Assembly: GCF_004010195.1 (NCBI RefSeq) | Contig: NW_025215375.1 | Location: 62,001-126,000, forward strand | Direction of reading: 5' to 3' | Length of the DNA stretch: 64,000 nucleotides | Source: Chiloscyllium plagiosum | Taxonomy: Eukaryota | Shown: positions 36,245 through 48,297 of the stretch, piece by piece | Layout: the number at the start of each line of letters is the position of its first letter | How positions within the stretch are numbered: the first letter of the stretch is position 1 | Position numbers and translations under genes: made by a program | Notes under the pieces: generated by a model | The model's database searches: none | Told to the model about the DNA's origin: nothing | What the model saw: the letters and a program-made list of their open reading frames with translations, nothing else

Positions 36245-39200
36245 TATCATAAAGCTCGTCTTGTTTTGCTAAAAGCTGTTCCTTGGCTCAAGAAGACAGT
36301 GTCCGTGATTTTTTTCAGAGGGGCAATAAAACAGGACCTGACTCCGGTCAGTCTGGTTTGGTACATAGATGAAAAGGATTTCCAGAGGCCTTCTGTATAT
36401 ATGTAAACAGATTCAGACTTCGGAACAAATTGGTCATGCCTTTGAAGTGACCGAGATAATGAAAAAGGAGTGGTCAGCTCTTATAGCTGAATGAGCTGAG
36501 CTAAGCCGTTTTTAGTTGAGTCTTGAACTGGGAAGTTCAACAGGGAGCTGTGTGGATACTCTCTGTCTTTTCTGCTCTTCAACTTCAAACTGCAAGCATG
36601 TGTTACATTTCTACTGGGTTTTAAAGGGAATTTGCTTATTGGGACTGCTGTGTGTATTCGGAACAGCATAATTAAGTGTAATTGGATAGGTTGAATTTTG
36701 TCGGGGTTCTTTAATTTCTTCTTTGTGTTTCTTGTACAATTTTGTGAATATAAAGGTATTGTTTGTTTTAAAATCTAGTATACAAACTAGCTATCTTACT
36801 CCGGGTAATTTTCATTGAAACTTATCAAAACAAGTTGCAAAGTTATGCTCGCAGCTGCCTGCTTAAGAAAGTTTTAAGTGGTATAGTCGGGTCCATCACA
36901 GTTTGAGGGCTCTTTGTGGGATTTTAAACAGCGAGTGGTAGGTGCTAGTGCCTTTATTTCGGGAATTGGTTTCGTTGAGTAGACAAAGCTTGAGATAGTA
37001 ATGGCTCTTTCACTCGCCAAAAGTTTTCTGGATGTGGACGCAGTGACTTTGGAAGATTTACAACAGGTTAATAAGTAAAGTTAAAAGAATTAGCAGAGAA
37101 GCTGGAATTGGAACTGACTACTTCTGTGAGGAAAGGAGAGATAATTGCAGCAGGAGATCATCAATTAAACTGGCTGAAGAAACCATCAGAATCTACAGAG
37201 CGAGCAAGAATTCAATTGCAAACGAAGCAGCATGAGTTAGCGGCGAGAGATCAGGAAAGGGCAGCAGAAATGAAACAGTTTGAATTACGATTAAAGAAAG
37301 AAGAGGGGGAAAGAGAGAGCAGCAGAACAGAGAAAAAAGAGAACAGGAGAAGAGAGACAAAAAAGACCATCAGAGGAGAAAGAAAGACAGAGCTTTTGAA
37401 AAGACAAAACAAAACTGACACTTCAAAAGGAAAGTCAGCGTAAAAGTCTGGAGTTAAAGGCTGCGGTTATACTTAGTCAGGAAGAGAGTGAGGATGAGTA
37501 AGCATTGCCTAAATTTGATGAGAAGGATGTGGAAGTCTTTTTTAACTCATTTGAAAAGGTGGATAAACAAATGCAGTGGCCAGAGGCAATGTGGGTTTAA
37601 TGATCTAAACGAAACTTGAAGGTAGAGCTAGTGAGGTATTAAAGCTTGAGATAGTAATGGCTCTTTCACTCGCCAAAAGTTTTCTGGATGTGGACGCAGT
37701 GACTTTGGAAGATTTACAACAGGTTAATAAGTAAAGTTAAAAGAATTAGCAGAGAAGCTGGAATTGGAACTGACTACTTCTGTGAGGAAAGGAGAGATAA
37801 TTGCAGCAGGAGATCATCAATTAAACTGGCTGAAGAAACCATCAGAATCTACAGAGCGAGCAAGAATTCAATTGCAAACGAAGCAGCATGAGTTAGCGGC
37901 GAGAGATCAGGAAAGGGCAGCAGAAATGAAACAGTTTGAATTACGATTAAAGAAAGAAGAGGGGGAAAGAGAGAGAGCAGAACAGAGAAAAAAAGAGAAC
38001 AGGAGAAGAGAGACAAAAAAAGAGCATCAGAGGAGAAAGAAAGACAGAGCTTTTGAAAAGCCAAAAAAAAACCTGACACTTCAAAAGGAAAGTCAGTGTA
38101 AAAGTCTGGAGTTAAAGGCTGAGGTTATACTTAGTCAGGAAGAGAGTGAGGATGAGTAAGCATTGCCTAAATTTGATGATAAGGATGTGGAAGTCTTTTT
38201 TAACTCATTTGAAAAGGTGGCTAAACAAATGCAGTGGCCAGAGGCAATGTGGGTTTAATGATCTAAACGAAACTTGAAGGTAGAGCTAGTGAGGTATTCG
38301 CATCTCTATCAGAGGAGGTACCTGGGGAGTATGGAGAGGTGAAAAAAAGCCATTTTAAGTGAGCTTGTACCAAAAGGTTATTGGCAGCCTTTCAGGAATC
38401 TAATGAAGGATCCTGGTAAAACCTCGGTTGGGTTTGAATGGATCAAACAGAGTAATTTTGACAGATGGATAAGAGCTTTAAAAATCAAGCAAACCTATGA
38501 TGCCCTTAGAGAGCAAAGCATTTTGGATGATTCAAAAATTCACTGCCTGAAGTAATGCGAACTCCTGTGGAAGAGCAGAGAGTGATAACATCAAGGTTAG
38601 CAGCTGAAGTGGCTGATAATTATGAACGAGTCCATAAACTCGGCTTGGCTTCTGGACTCAATTTCAGTCCATGCAGAATACAAATTGGAGCAAAGAGATA
38701 TCCTCACGTGGAAAGGGAAGAGTAGATCACAGTGAATATCATTAGGATCATTTACCACAGGGTCAAAAAAAGAAACCCTTGATGGGGATAAAGAAGTTCA
38801 AAGGCTCCGGTGTTTTCATTGTAATAAGTGGGCGAAACAAAATCACAGTGTTGGTGGGCTAGGAGAAAACCAGATGTAGGACAACCAGCCAGACCTGGGA
38901 GTTTTGTTGGAAAATAGCAAATAACACATGGGAAGTTCGACAACTGCCTCAGAATGTACAGGATGATCAGAGGTTGATCAAGGAAGATGTGCTAGATCTG
39001 CTTAACAAATATACATGCAAGGGTAAAGTTTATTCACATAGGCCAGTAGTAATTGGTAAGGAGGTTCCAATATTAAGGGACACAGGATCTTCTCAGTCTG
39101 TAACGCTGAGGGATGAGGAGATATGCACTCCTGAGGGACTATTTCCAGAAAATGTAAACAGATGAGACTTCAGGCCAAAGTGGTTGTGCTTTATAAGTGA

Positions 39201-39661
39201 ATTGTATGATGAACGGTGGAGAGGTGAGCTCTTTTACCTGAACTAGCTGAGCTGAGCTGAGCACTTTTCAGCTGAGTCTTGAACTGGGAAGTTCAACAGG
39301 GAGCTATGTGGAAACTCCTTCTCTTTTCTGACCTTCAAATTCAACCTGGAAGCATGTGTTCCATTTGTACTGGATTTTTTTTATTGGGAGTTTGCTTATT
39401 TAAACAATTGTGTATATTCCGAAACAATATAATTAAGTCGAGCTGAATAGATTGAATTCTGTCGGGGTTCATTATTCTTCTCTTTGTGTTTCATTACGTA
39501 AATTTATGAATACAGTTTTTGTCTGTTTTAAAATCTGGTAGTCAACATAGCTAAAGTACTCCAGGTAAATTTCATTGTACACTTACCGAAACAATTTGCA
39601 AAGTTATGCTCTGGACTGCCCGCTTAAGAATGTTTTGAGTGGTCTAGCCTAGTCCATGACA
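36245..39661 (+). mobile_element. Internally deleted Gypsy element: 5' LTR (36245-36900), degenerate PBS-Pro (about 36904-36922), gag from 37001, protease start, partial 3' LTR (about 39152-39661)
   Basis: 4-bp TSD tctc (36241-36244 and 39662-39665); LTR halves alignable by eye; gag LPKFDEKDVEVFFNSFEKVAKQMQWPE, zinc knuckle CFHCNK near 38810, protease ILRDTGSSQS. Confidence 0.9.
36985..38298 (+). repeat. Near-perfect tandem duplication of about 656 bp of gag
   Basis: Units 36985-37640 and 37641-38298; ORFs 37108 and 37764 have identical N-termini exactly 656 bp apart. Confidence 0.95.
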
Positions 39662-39994
39662 TCTCGAAGATGGAAGATGCCTCCTTAGGACTTGGTACAA
39701 ACCAAACACTTTCCGTCCTCATGGTCAGCAAACCATGTTAACAGAACACATGTGTACCAATAGCAATGGAGCCTGGAGGGACAACATGGAGCAGTCTGTC
39801 TGTGCAGTATCTGCTTCATTGGTTTGTCATTTTGCAGCATGAAAGACATCCTCGTATTTCAGTGTAATTTTTAGGAGGGACTTAATGACCTCTTCTGCTC
39901 ACGTGCTCTTCCTCCTTACCCGAGGACTTCAATGGGCAACCCATGGTTCCTGCAGACCAGCATGTTGTGCTGACTCGACTCTATCTTCCTGAGT

Positions 39995-41430
39995 TACAGG
40001 AGGCGGGAAGAACACAGCAAGCCAGGCAGCATCATGAGGTATGAAAGTCAACATTTAAGGTATAACAGTTCTTCAGGACTGGGAGTGGGGGGTAGTGGGA
40101 GCTGCAGATAAAGAGGGAAAGGAGTGGTTGGGGTGGGGAGAGCAGCGGGATGGTGAGGTACGGATATGTGGACACAAGTGGTGAATGCAACCTGGTTGGG
40201 CGATGGGAGAGATGAATCCAGTTGGGAGCTGGAAGGCGGGGTCGTTGGCTGGAATGGAACGGAGGATTATAGGCAGAAAAAGGAGTAATGGCAAGGGTAG
40301 TAAGGTTATTTCAAATTGGAAAATTCAATGTTGCGTCTTCCAGGTCGTAGGCTTGGCAGGCAAATGAAGTGTTGTTCCTCCAATTTATGATCTGCCTCAC
40401 CAAAGCAACTGAAGAGGACAGGGGTGGTTATGTCGGAAAGGGATTGGGAAGAGGAATTCAATTTAGCGGTAACTGAGAGATAAGGTTGGCCACTGCAGGC
40501 CCGGCTGTGATGCTCAGTGATATGTGCCTTTAGTTTATGTTCGGTCTCCCTGATGTAGACAAGACCACATCGGGAGCACCTGATGCAGTAAATTAGTTAG
40601 ACGAGAGGCAGGTGAACCTCTTTCTGAACTGCAAGCACTGTTTGAAGCCCTATAAGAAAGTCGAGGAGAAGGTGTGCCAGCAGGTGATGCACCTTTTGCG
40701 GTTGCAGGAGAAGGTACCTGAGGGCGATTGCGGTGATTGTTGGGGAGTGTGGCACGATAATGAAGGGGACAGTCTTGTGGGAGATGTGCCAGGTGGTGGG
40801 ACCAAACCTAGTTAACTCCATCTGATGAACCCGATGTGGTCTTCACTGCATCAGGAAGACCAAATGCAAATGAAGTGAATGTTTTGCTGAGTATCGCAAT
40901 TAGGCTTCTAAGGGCTGACCTGACCTCCCAGTCACTTTGTATTTCAATTCTCCCTCCCAATCCCTTTCTGACATGGCCATCCTTGACCTCCTCCATTGCC
41001 ACAATGGACCAAACCATAAATTGGAGGAACAAGACCTCATCTGTCACCTGTGCAGCCTCCACCCCGGGGACTCAACACTGAATTCTCCAATTTCAAATAG
41101 CGTGCCTTCCAATTCTCCGACTCCCTTCCCAGGCTTTCCCCTCCTTTCCCTTTCTCTGATCAACCCTTCAACCAGCTACCAACTTTATTCAGTCCTCTCA
41201 TCACCAACCAGCTGACACCCTTTATCTGCGTTCACTTATGCCCATCTCGCCAGTCTGCCTCCTCCTCCCTCATCGCCCCTTTATCTATAGACCCCCTTAC
41301 CCCTAACCACAGTCCTGACAAAGGGTTATATCCTAGGCGTTGATTTCTCAACGTATTGACGCTGTCTTGCTTATTCTGTTCTTACAGCCTCCTGTCTGAC
41401 TATTTTGGATTCCAATATCTGCTGCTTTTT
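39995..41430. mobile_element. Penelope-like element remnants in inverted arrangement (GIY-YIG region plus pseudo-LTR on both arms)
   Basis: + arm CGLHCIRKTKCK*SECFAEY (about 40835, a decayed CGxxYIGETKR); mirror sequence on the minus arm at 40530-40590; terminal acaggaggc...gaacacagcaag (39995) versus cttgcttattctgttcttacagcctcctgt (about 41366-41395); decayed hammerhead cores at about 40050-40076 (-) and 41315-41342 (+). Confidence 0.75.
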
Positions 41431-41629
41431 AAAAATTGTCTTCTTGTGAGACAGGCCGGAGAGAGGGAATGTATTGAGCTTATTGTTATCCAATAGATCT
41501 GATGGGTTGAATGGCTTTCTTATATTACTGTGAAACCAGCTAGAGTTGCTGTAGCGGTTCCTTTTTTTTAACCGTGAAAATGTTTAGTGCCCAGCAGTGT
41601 TTTTGATTAATGTTACCTATACATTAACA

Positions 41630-41960
41630 GCACAAACTTGAATGTTGTCCAGATATTATACTTTAGTACCCGAGGAGGTGACTCATCGTTATGAACATTG
41701 TATAATCTTCACAGAACATCCCTACCTCTGATAGTATGACAGAGGGAAAAACATTGATGAAGCAACTGAAGATGTTTGTGCCGAAGAGGCTACCCTGAGG
41801 ATTACCCACAGAGATATCCAGGGACCGAGAGGACTGATGTCCACCAGCCACATTGTGTTCTCAATGACCCCACCAGCGGGGTGTTTACAACTAATTCCCA
41901 TCAAGTTCAATTTTAATCAGTCTCCTTGACATCTTGCTCAATCACATATTGCCGTGATAT
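41630..41960 (-). mobile_element. LINE RT fragment (CR1/L2 group, same family as 52270-54760)
   Basis: VGNPQGSLFGTNIFSCFINVFPSVILSEVGMFCEDYTMF. Confidence 0.75.
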
Positions 41961-42774
41961 CAGGGTTCGTCACTTTACGCTCTGTTCATATCTTCTATCC
42001 ATGTCAATAGGCTTAGGTATATGTGTGGGGTGTGTTACCTTCTCTCAGAGGGTAGTGACGGTTGGGACCAGACAGTTGGGGGAAGCCACATCACAGAAAT
42101 TTTTGGGGGGTGCAAACGGGTGTCAATGGATTTTGACACATCAGAGAGTGCAGGGCTACAAAGAATTGGACATGAAAGAGAAATTGCGTCCCATATCTTC
42201 TATACTGTGATATTGGTTGTCCCTAAGATATCACTACTAACTTTCTCAAGTTCCCAAGTCTTCATATATTGCTCCACGGTAACCATAGAGTAGAAATATT
42301 CGTTGAGGACTTCACAAATCTCTTATGGTTTCACACATACTTGCCCACTTTGATCTTCGAGGAGGCTTATTTTCTCTGTAGCTATTGCTTTTCTTTTAAT
42401 ATATTTCAAGAACCTTTTTGGATTCATCGTAATCTTCTCAGCCAATGGTCTTTATTGCCCCTTTCTCAAGCTACTGATTTCGTTCTTCCATAGACTCCAG
42501 TATCTCTTATATACCTCCAGGGATTCCCTTTATCCCAGCTGCCTGGACCTGAGCCATGCCCCAAATTTGAACATAAACCTGTGGACCAGTTTTGTCCCTC
42601 TCTATAACTATTTGCAGAATAATATTACTGTCCCAAAGCGCTCCTCGACAATTAATTCAATCACCTGTCCTGCCCTATTTCCTCAGACAATTTCGAGTTT
42701 TGTCCCTTCCCGAGAAGGACACTCGATATACTGCTTGAGGAAACATTCCTGATGCATTTACAGATTTTTGCTCA

Positions 42775-43141
42775 TCACAGCGCCTCACAGCACTAGAGAC
42801 CTAGGTTCAATTCCCGCCTCAGGCCACTGACTGTGTGGAGTTTGCACATTCTCCCCCTGTCTGCAGAGGTTTCCTCCGGGTGCTCCGATTTCCTCCCACA
42901 GTCAAAACATTTGCAGGTTAGGTGAATTGGCCATGCTAAATTGCCCGTATTGTTAGGGGCAGGCGTAAATATAGGGGAATGGGTCTAGGTGGGTTGTGCT
43001 TCGGCGAATCGGTGTGGACTTGTTGGGTCGAAGGGCCTGTTTCCACACTGTAAATAATTTAATCTAATCTAATCTAATCTAATCTAATCTAATCTAATCT
43101 AATCTAATCTAATCTAATCTTATTTTATCTAATCTAATCTA
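42775..43141 (+). mobile_element. HE1/V-SINE-type SINE with an expanded (AATCT)n tail
   Basis: gcctcacagcactagagacctaggttcaattcccgcctcagg (B box); tgtgtggagtttgcacattctcccc; tail ttccacactgta plus AATCT repeats. Confidence 0.92.
43061..43141. repeat. (AATCT)n pentanucleotide microsatellite
   Basis: About 15 units with one interruption. Confidence 0.95.
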
Positions 43142-44385
43142 AAATCCCTTAACGCTCAGGCAGTTCCAGTCTATGTTAGAAAAATTAAAACCCCCTATTA
43201 TGATATTCCTTTTGATCCTGCAGGTCTCTTCTCTCTTTCTGCATATTTGTTACTCTCGTTCCTTTTGACTATTTGGGGGCTTATAGTACAACCAAAATCA
43301 CGTCACCAACCCCTTCCTATTTTTTAACTCCACCCACAAAGCCTGACTGGGTGATCCATCTGTAACTTTATCTCTGATTACTGTTGTTGTACTCCCCTTA
43401 ATCAAAAATGCAACTTCCCTCCCCTCCTTCCACCATCTGTGTCTTGTTTAAAGCATACATACACTGGCACGTTAAGCTGTCAATCCTATCCATCACTTAG
43501 CCATGTTTGTGTAATGACTATAATATACCAGTCCCATCTACCTATCCACGCCCTGAGTTCATCAGCTTTACCTGTTGGCCTTCTTCCATCGAAATAGTTG
43601 CAATTTAATCCAAAAGGCAATACTTTCTCTCTGTCGTTTTCCAGCATAATGTTACTGTTCTGTGATTACTGTATCTCCTTCCAGCCTAGCACTTACCTCT
43701 CTGCTCTAGAGGATGCCAGCCCCGCCAATCTATTTTAAACACTCCCTTGTAACACTACCAAAACCGGCCGCCAAAATATTGTGCCCCCTAGTGCAAGTCT
43801 GTGACGGTAATCTCCCTCTCAGGACATACCACTGTCAAGGTTTTTTTATAAACAATGTTTCTCTTAGCTCTCAGCAATCACACTGAAGGAGCTCGTCCCT
43901 ATTCTACGGGTACCATTTGTGCCAACGTGAATAATGATTTCTGGCTGCTCACCCTCCCCTTTGAGAGTGTTCTTTAGCCACTTGGAGACATCCTGGACCC
44001 GAGCACCTGGGAGGTTACCCACCATCCTGGATTCCCATTAGTGGCCACAGAATCTCCGATCTGTCCCTCTTGAACAATCGACCCTCCTGTCTCGAACGTC
44101 CTGTTTACCTTTACTGTTTCCCGCTGTGCTCCAGAGCCAGTGAAAATACCAACAACTTAGCTACTGCTGCTTTCCCCTGAACGGTCATCACCCTCAACAA
44201 TCCAAAACGGTATCCTTGTTTTCGAGAGGAATGGCCACAGGGGATTCCTGCATTCCCTGTCTTCTCCCTTTGCCATTCCTGGTGGTCGCCCTTCTACTCT
44301 CTGCCTGGAACACGACAGGAAGCAAGGTCCGCCTGTTGGATGAAATTGTGTTATTTAAATACAACAGAACTGAGAGGTAAGGCTG

Positions 44386-44516
44386 GATAAAAACGATGAC
44401 TGCAGATGATGGAAACCTGATTCTGGATTAGTGCTGCTGGAAGAGGCACAACAGATCAGGCACCATCCGCGGAGCAGTAAAATCCGACGTTTCGGGCAAA
44501 AGCCCTTCATCAGGAA
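44386..44516 (-). mobile_element. Short Penelope-derived element
   Basis: ctgcagatgatggaaacctgattctggattagtgctgctggaagaggcacaac...gacgtttcgggcaaaagcccttcatcagg; same family as 18758-18859 and 4212-4358. Confidence 0.85.
44486..44513 (-). ncRNA. Minimal hammerhead ribozyme core (Penelope type), sequence-intact
   Basis: Minus strand CUGAUGA-A-GGGC-UUUU-GCCC-GAAA-CGUC: both catalytic boxes, a perfect stem II, a palindromic ACGU in place of stem III, and a GUC triplet. Stem I is weak. Confidence 0.7.
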
Positions 44517-44666
44517 CACAGCGAATGAACTCAGGTAGATGAACGTTAGACTAGAATATTACAGACATGAAAGGAACATAACTAGCGGCGTGTCTTGGGT
44601 ATGGCCACCACACTGAAGCACTTATCTATGAAGTTCTCAGTATTTCGGATGACCCTGACCGCATCC

Positions 44667-44965
44667 TAGATTAGATTACCTACAGTGTGGAAACAGGCCC
44701 TACGGCCCAACAAGTCCGCACTGACCCACTGAAGAGCAGCCCAGCGAGACCCATTCCCCTACACCCAACGTTAAGGGAAATTCAGCATCACCAATTCACC
44801 TAACCTGCACATGTTTTGACTGTGGGAGGAAGCCACAGCACCCAGTGGAAACCCATGCAGATACGGGGAGATTGTGCAAACTCCGCACAGACCGAGGCAG
44901 GTTTTGAATTCTGGTCCCTGGTGCTGTGAGGCAGCAGAGCTAACAACAGAGCCACTATGCTGCCC
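44667..44965 (-). mobile_element. HE1/V-SINE-type SINE
   Basis: tagattagatt tail; minus head gggcagcatagtggctctgttgttagctctgctgcctcacagcaccagggacc. Confidence 0.9.
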
Positions 44966-45369
44966 AGCTCCAACTCCCTAACACAGTCTCCCTTTAAAGT
45001 ACAGGAGGAGGTCATCGGCTAATATGTATGAATCAGCTCCAAAAATGTCTCCCAAGCACCGCCGATTTGTCAGCCCTCTCTCTATTGCCCGTTAAATTCA
45101 TAATTTCCAAAAACATATCCAGTTCTCTTTTGAAGCTTCATTCACAACTTTCCCAGCCAGTCGATTCCAATTCGTAGCAACTCCCTAAATAAGGGCATTT
45201 TTCCTTATTTCACTCCTAGTTCTTTTGCTGACAACCTTGAAATTAGAAGTCCTTGATGATGTGATACCAAATAATAGAGCATTCTTTTTCTACATTGCAA
45301 CTTTTTCCATACGTTTGAGCACCACAATAAATTCACATCCTTGTCTGTTCTGGTCCAGGAGCAATAAGC

Positions 45370-45755
45370 CTTGCATGAACTATAACAAACACTACAACGG
45401 AAAACAAACAAAACTGGTCACCAGGATATATTAACATCAACTGGCCACAAAAGACATGACTCCAACACTAATTTCTTACGGACTGATGAGGAATAACGCC
45501 ACTTTGACTAGGTCTGCATGTCCATCCTAGGACAGGCCAAACAGAGACAAGAACAAGAATTCCTAGAAACATGGCATTCCAACCTGAACTCCATCAATAA
45601 AGACATCAATTTTGACTCCATCTACCAACCTCTGGGAAAAAGGGCAGAAATTGACATCATCGACACAGGAAATTAGACTACCAACTCAAGGATACCGAAA
45701 AACCTGAATAGAAAGTGGGAGATAACACCAGCATTTCACTGGAGGCTCACTTACT
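45370..45755 (+). mobile_element. Decayed Penelope-like GIY-YIG C-terminal fragment
   Basis: Homologous by eye to 55310-55680 (HQLATKRHD, ILGQAKQRQ, EFLETWHS, SINKDINFDSIYQPL). Confidence 0.75.
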
Positions 45756-45829
45756 GATTATCAATGGAACAAACCAGGAACTACCATTCGCTATTGCTTC
45801 AGAATACATCAGAATGTTCATGGTTGCCA

Positions 45830-46775
45830 CCACATAGAATCATTGAATGAAAATACAAGCCTGCACTACCAAGTGCATATCCAAAGGCTTTTTAAAAAGT
45901 TTGTGAGATTACCTGCTCAATCACCCGCCTAGGCAATGCATTCCAGACACATGTCACCAGGAGAAGAACGGAGGCTCCTTGGTTAGCACTCCTGCCTTAG
46001 AGCGCTGGGGATTGATTTCAGCCTCGGAGACTGCCTGTATGGAATTTGTACAATCTCCTTGTATCTTCGTGGTTTCCTCTAGGTACTCCGGTTTCCTCCC
46101 ACACTCCAAAGATATTCAGCTTAGGTGAATTGGCAATGTTTAATTGCCCATAGTGTTCAGGGAAGTGTAGGTTAGGTGCATTAGTCAGGGATAAATATAG
46201 AAGGAACGTGTTTTGGTGGGTTACTCTTTGGAGGGTCAGTGTGGATTTGTTGGGCCGAAGAGCCTATTTCCACACCGTAGGAATTTTATATTCTATTGTG
46301 TGCCACCCTCTCAGTTCAAAACAGACTCAAAAATCCTCTCTCAATCTCCTGCCTTTCACTTTAAGTATGTTTCCCTTTGTTTTTGACGCTTCGAGTAAGG
46401 GAAACAGCTGCTGTCTGTTCATCCTATAAATTCCCCTTATGGTCTTGTACACATGCACCAGGTTCCCTCCTCAACTTCCCCGCTGCAATGAAAAAATGAG
46501 CAAATTTATCTCTCGCCTTTGACAGTTTGAGTACTCACTTGTCTTGTTCATTCAGATGTGCATTATCTCACATTTATCAGTGTTAAACTTCATTGGCCAT
46601 TAATCTGGAAGTAGAAATCATCTGTTTATATCGTCCTGAGGCTAACCCTTTCCTCCTCACTGTGAACCACCCAGCTAATCTTTGTGTCATCCCCAACATT
46701 CGTTATCATTTCACTGCCATCCATCTTCCACATTCTCACCATCATCATTTATGAATATCACAAACAAACCGTGAT
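45830..46775 (-). mobile_element. Decayed CR1 3' region interrupted by a SINE
   Basis: ggcaatgcattccagac, cctgcctttcactttaag, ctcacatttatcagtgttaaacttcat and ctttgtgtcatcc motifs shared with other minus-strand CR1 copies. Confidence 0.55.
45965..46295 (+). mobile_element. HE1/V-SINE-type SINE
   Basis: ggttagcactcctgcc; tccggtttcctcccacactccaaagat; ttgttgggccgaagagcctatttccacaccgtag. Confidence 0.85.
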
Positions 46776-47084
46776 TTCCTTCCTATTCTCCAGATGACAT
46801 TCACAGAAGAAGAATTCTGACTGGGGCAGCATTCGTTCATTTTTCCAGTTGCCCTTGAGAAGACCTTGTGGCACTGCAGTCCACGTGTTTTATCTGATTT
46901 GATTTCATTTATTTTAGTCAAATGTACAATGGAATGGTTTGTTTTGCGGGTAGTGCAGGCACATGACCGTAAACAAGAAAACACACATCACAGGTTCCAT
47001 GGACAGAGTGAGGCATGCACGTTTACAGCTTCACGGGAGGTGTGCAAATTAAGATCGACATTAGCAAGATTGACATTATTTGAA

Positions 47085-47440
47085 AAGTGAGAGATGTCAA
47101 TATTTCAGTCTAATAATGGTAGGGAAGGAAGTGTTCCTGAGCATGCTGGTCCATGTTTTCAAGCCTCGTGTTCCTGAGCATGCTGGTCCATGTTTTCAAG
47201 CCTCTGAGTCCCCTCTCTGTTGAAAGAGGTTGTAGGAGATCATTACCGGTTTGTGAGAGATCTTTGATGTTGCCAGCCTTTCTGCGACAATGCCAAGTAT
47301 AAATGACGGAAGGTGGTCTTCCCTGATGGGCTGGGCTGTGCACACAAACGTCTGTAGGTTCTTATGGTCCCAAGCAGAGCACTTACCATGTCAGGTCATT
47401 ATGCACCCGAATAGAATGCTTTGAGTTGCCGGTATGCAGA
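47085..47440 (-). mobile_element. Rex1/Babar-type LINE 3' fragment containing a 37-bp tandem duplication (47131-47167 and 47168-47204)
   Basis: CRRKAGNIKDLSQTGNDLLQPL resembles 48170-48290 and 48990-49030; exact duplicate gtgttcctgagcatgctggtccatgttttcaagcctc. Confidence 0.6.
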
Positions 47441-47659
47441 GCACTGGTAGACGGGCTGTTTCAATATAGTTAGATGTAACAATTGGCTGTTAAATGGATA
47501 CCCACGTTCTGGCTGCTGTTTTGACAACAATTGAAATTTAACTGATAATTTTAAATTATATCCTCTATACCAAAACCCTGTTGAGTGTAATGTATTGCCA
47601 ACATCGAACCAATGAACCATCACATGCTTCAAACGAATAGAGAAGCCATCACCCTCACA

Positions 47660-47868
47660 ACGAAGGAGAAAGAGACAAAAACAAAGGGATGGAGAGAGAG
47701 AGAAAACACAGCGAGGCAAACAGATGGACAGTCAGTCAAAGAGAGAAAGGAAACAAAACAAGGAAACAAACAGTCGCATGTGCAGGGAGAAGGGAAGAGA
47801 ATAGGTTCAGGGAAAGAAACAGAAGACAGGGAAAAGGAAAACAGAGGGAAATAGACAGTGTGAGAGAA
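47660..47868. repeat. Purine-rich (A/G) low-complexity tract
   Basis: gagaaagagacaaaaacaaagggatggagagagagagaaa... Confidence 0.6.
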
Positions 47869-47869
47869 A

Positions 47870-47930
47870 CTGTTCCAGCAACACATTTTCAGCTCTGATC
47901 TCCAGCATCTGCAGACCTCACTTTCTCCTC
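47870..47930 (+). mobile_element. Tail fragment of the Penelope-derived short element
   Basis: ttccagcaacacattttcagctctgatctccagcatctgcagacctcactttctc, compare 4310-4355. Confidence 0.65.
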
Positions 47931-48297
47931 AATGATGACTGGAGAGACCTCGGCGTGAGCACTGGAGGGAGTTGGGGATAGGGAGATGAGGATTTATTTT
48001 GTCCTGTGCCAAGATGTCCAGACAGATCATGGTAAGCATGAATATACTGAACGATGGTTGTAAAACATGTCTGAGAGGCATATAGGTTTCGCTGCACAGG
48101 GGGTGTGCTAGGCGAGATCAATATGAACAAAATCAGTATTATCTGAGTTTAGAGAGTCCATTCATCAGTCTAGTAACTGTTTGGAAGAAGCTGTTCCTGA
48201 ACTTGCTGCTCTCTGTGTTCAAGCATTTGTATCTTTAAGCCTGATGGAGCAGGTTGTGGGAGATCATTACAGGGATATGATGGGACTTTGGTAATGT

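Larger units (their letters stand above)
42215..44310 (-). mobile_element. Decayed CR1 LINE (ORF1 esterase, APE) interrupted by a SINE
   Basis: Minus strand VHVGTNG-type motif near 43915-43935, PPRCSGPGC near 44000, and an APE CNYFDGR/AITQTWL region at 43490-43610. Confidence 0.7.
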
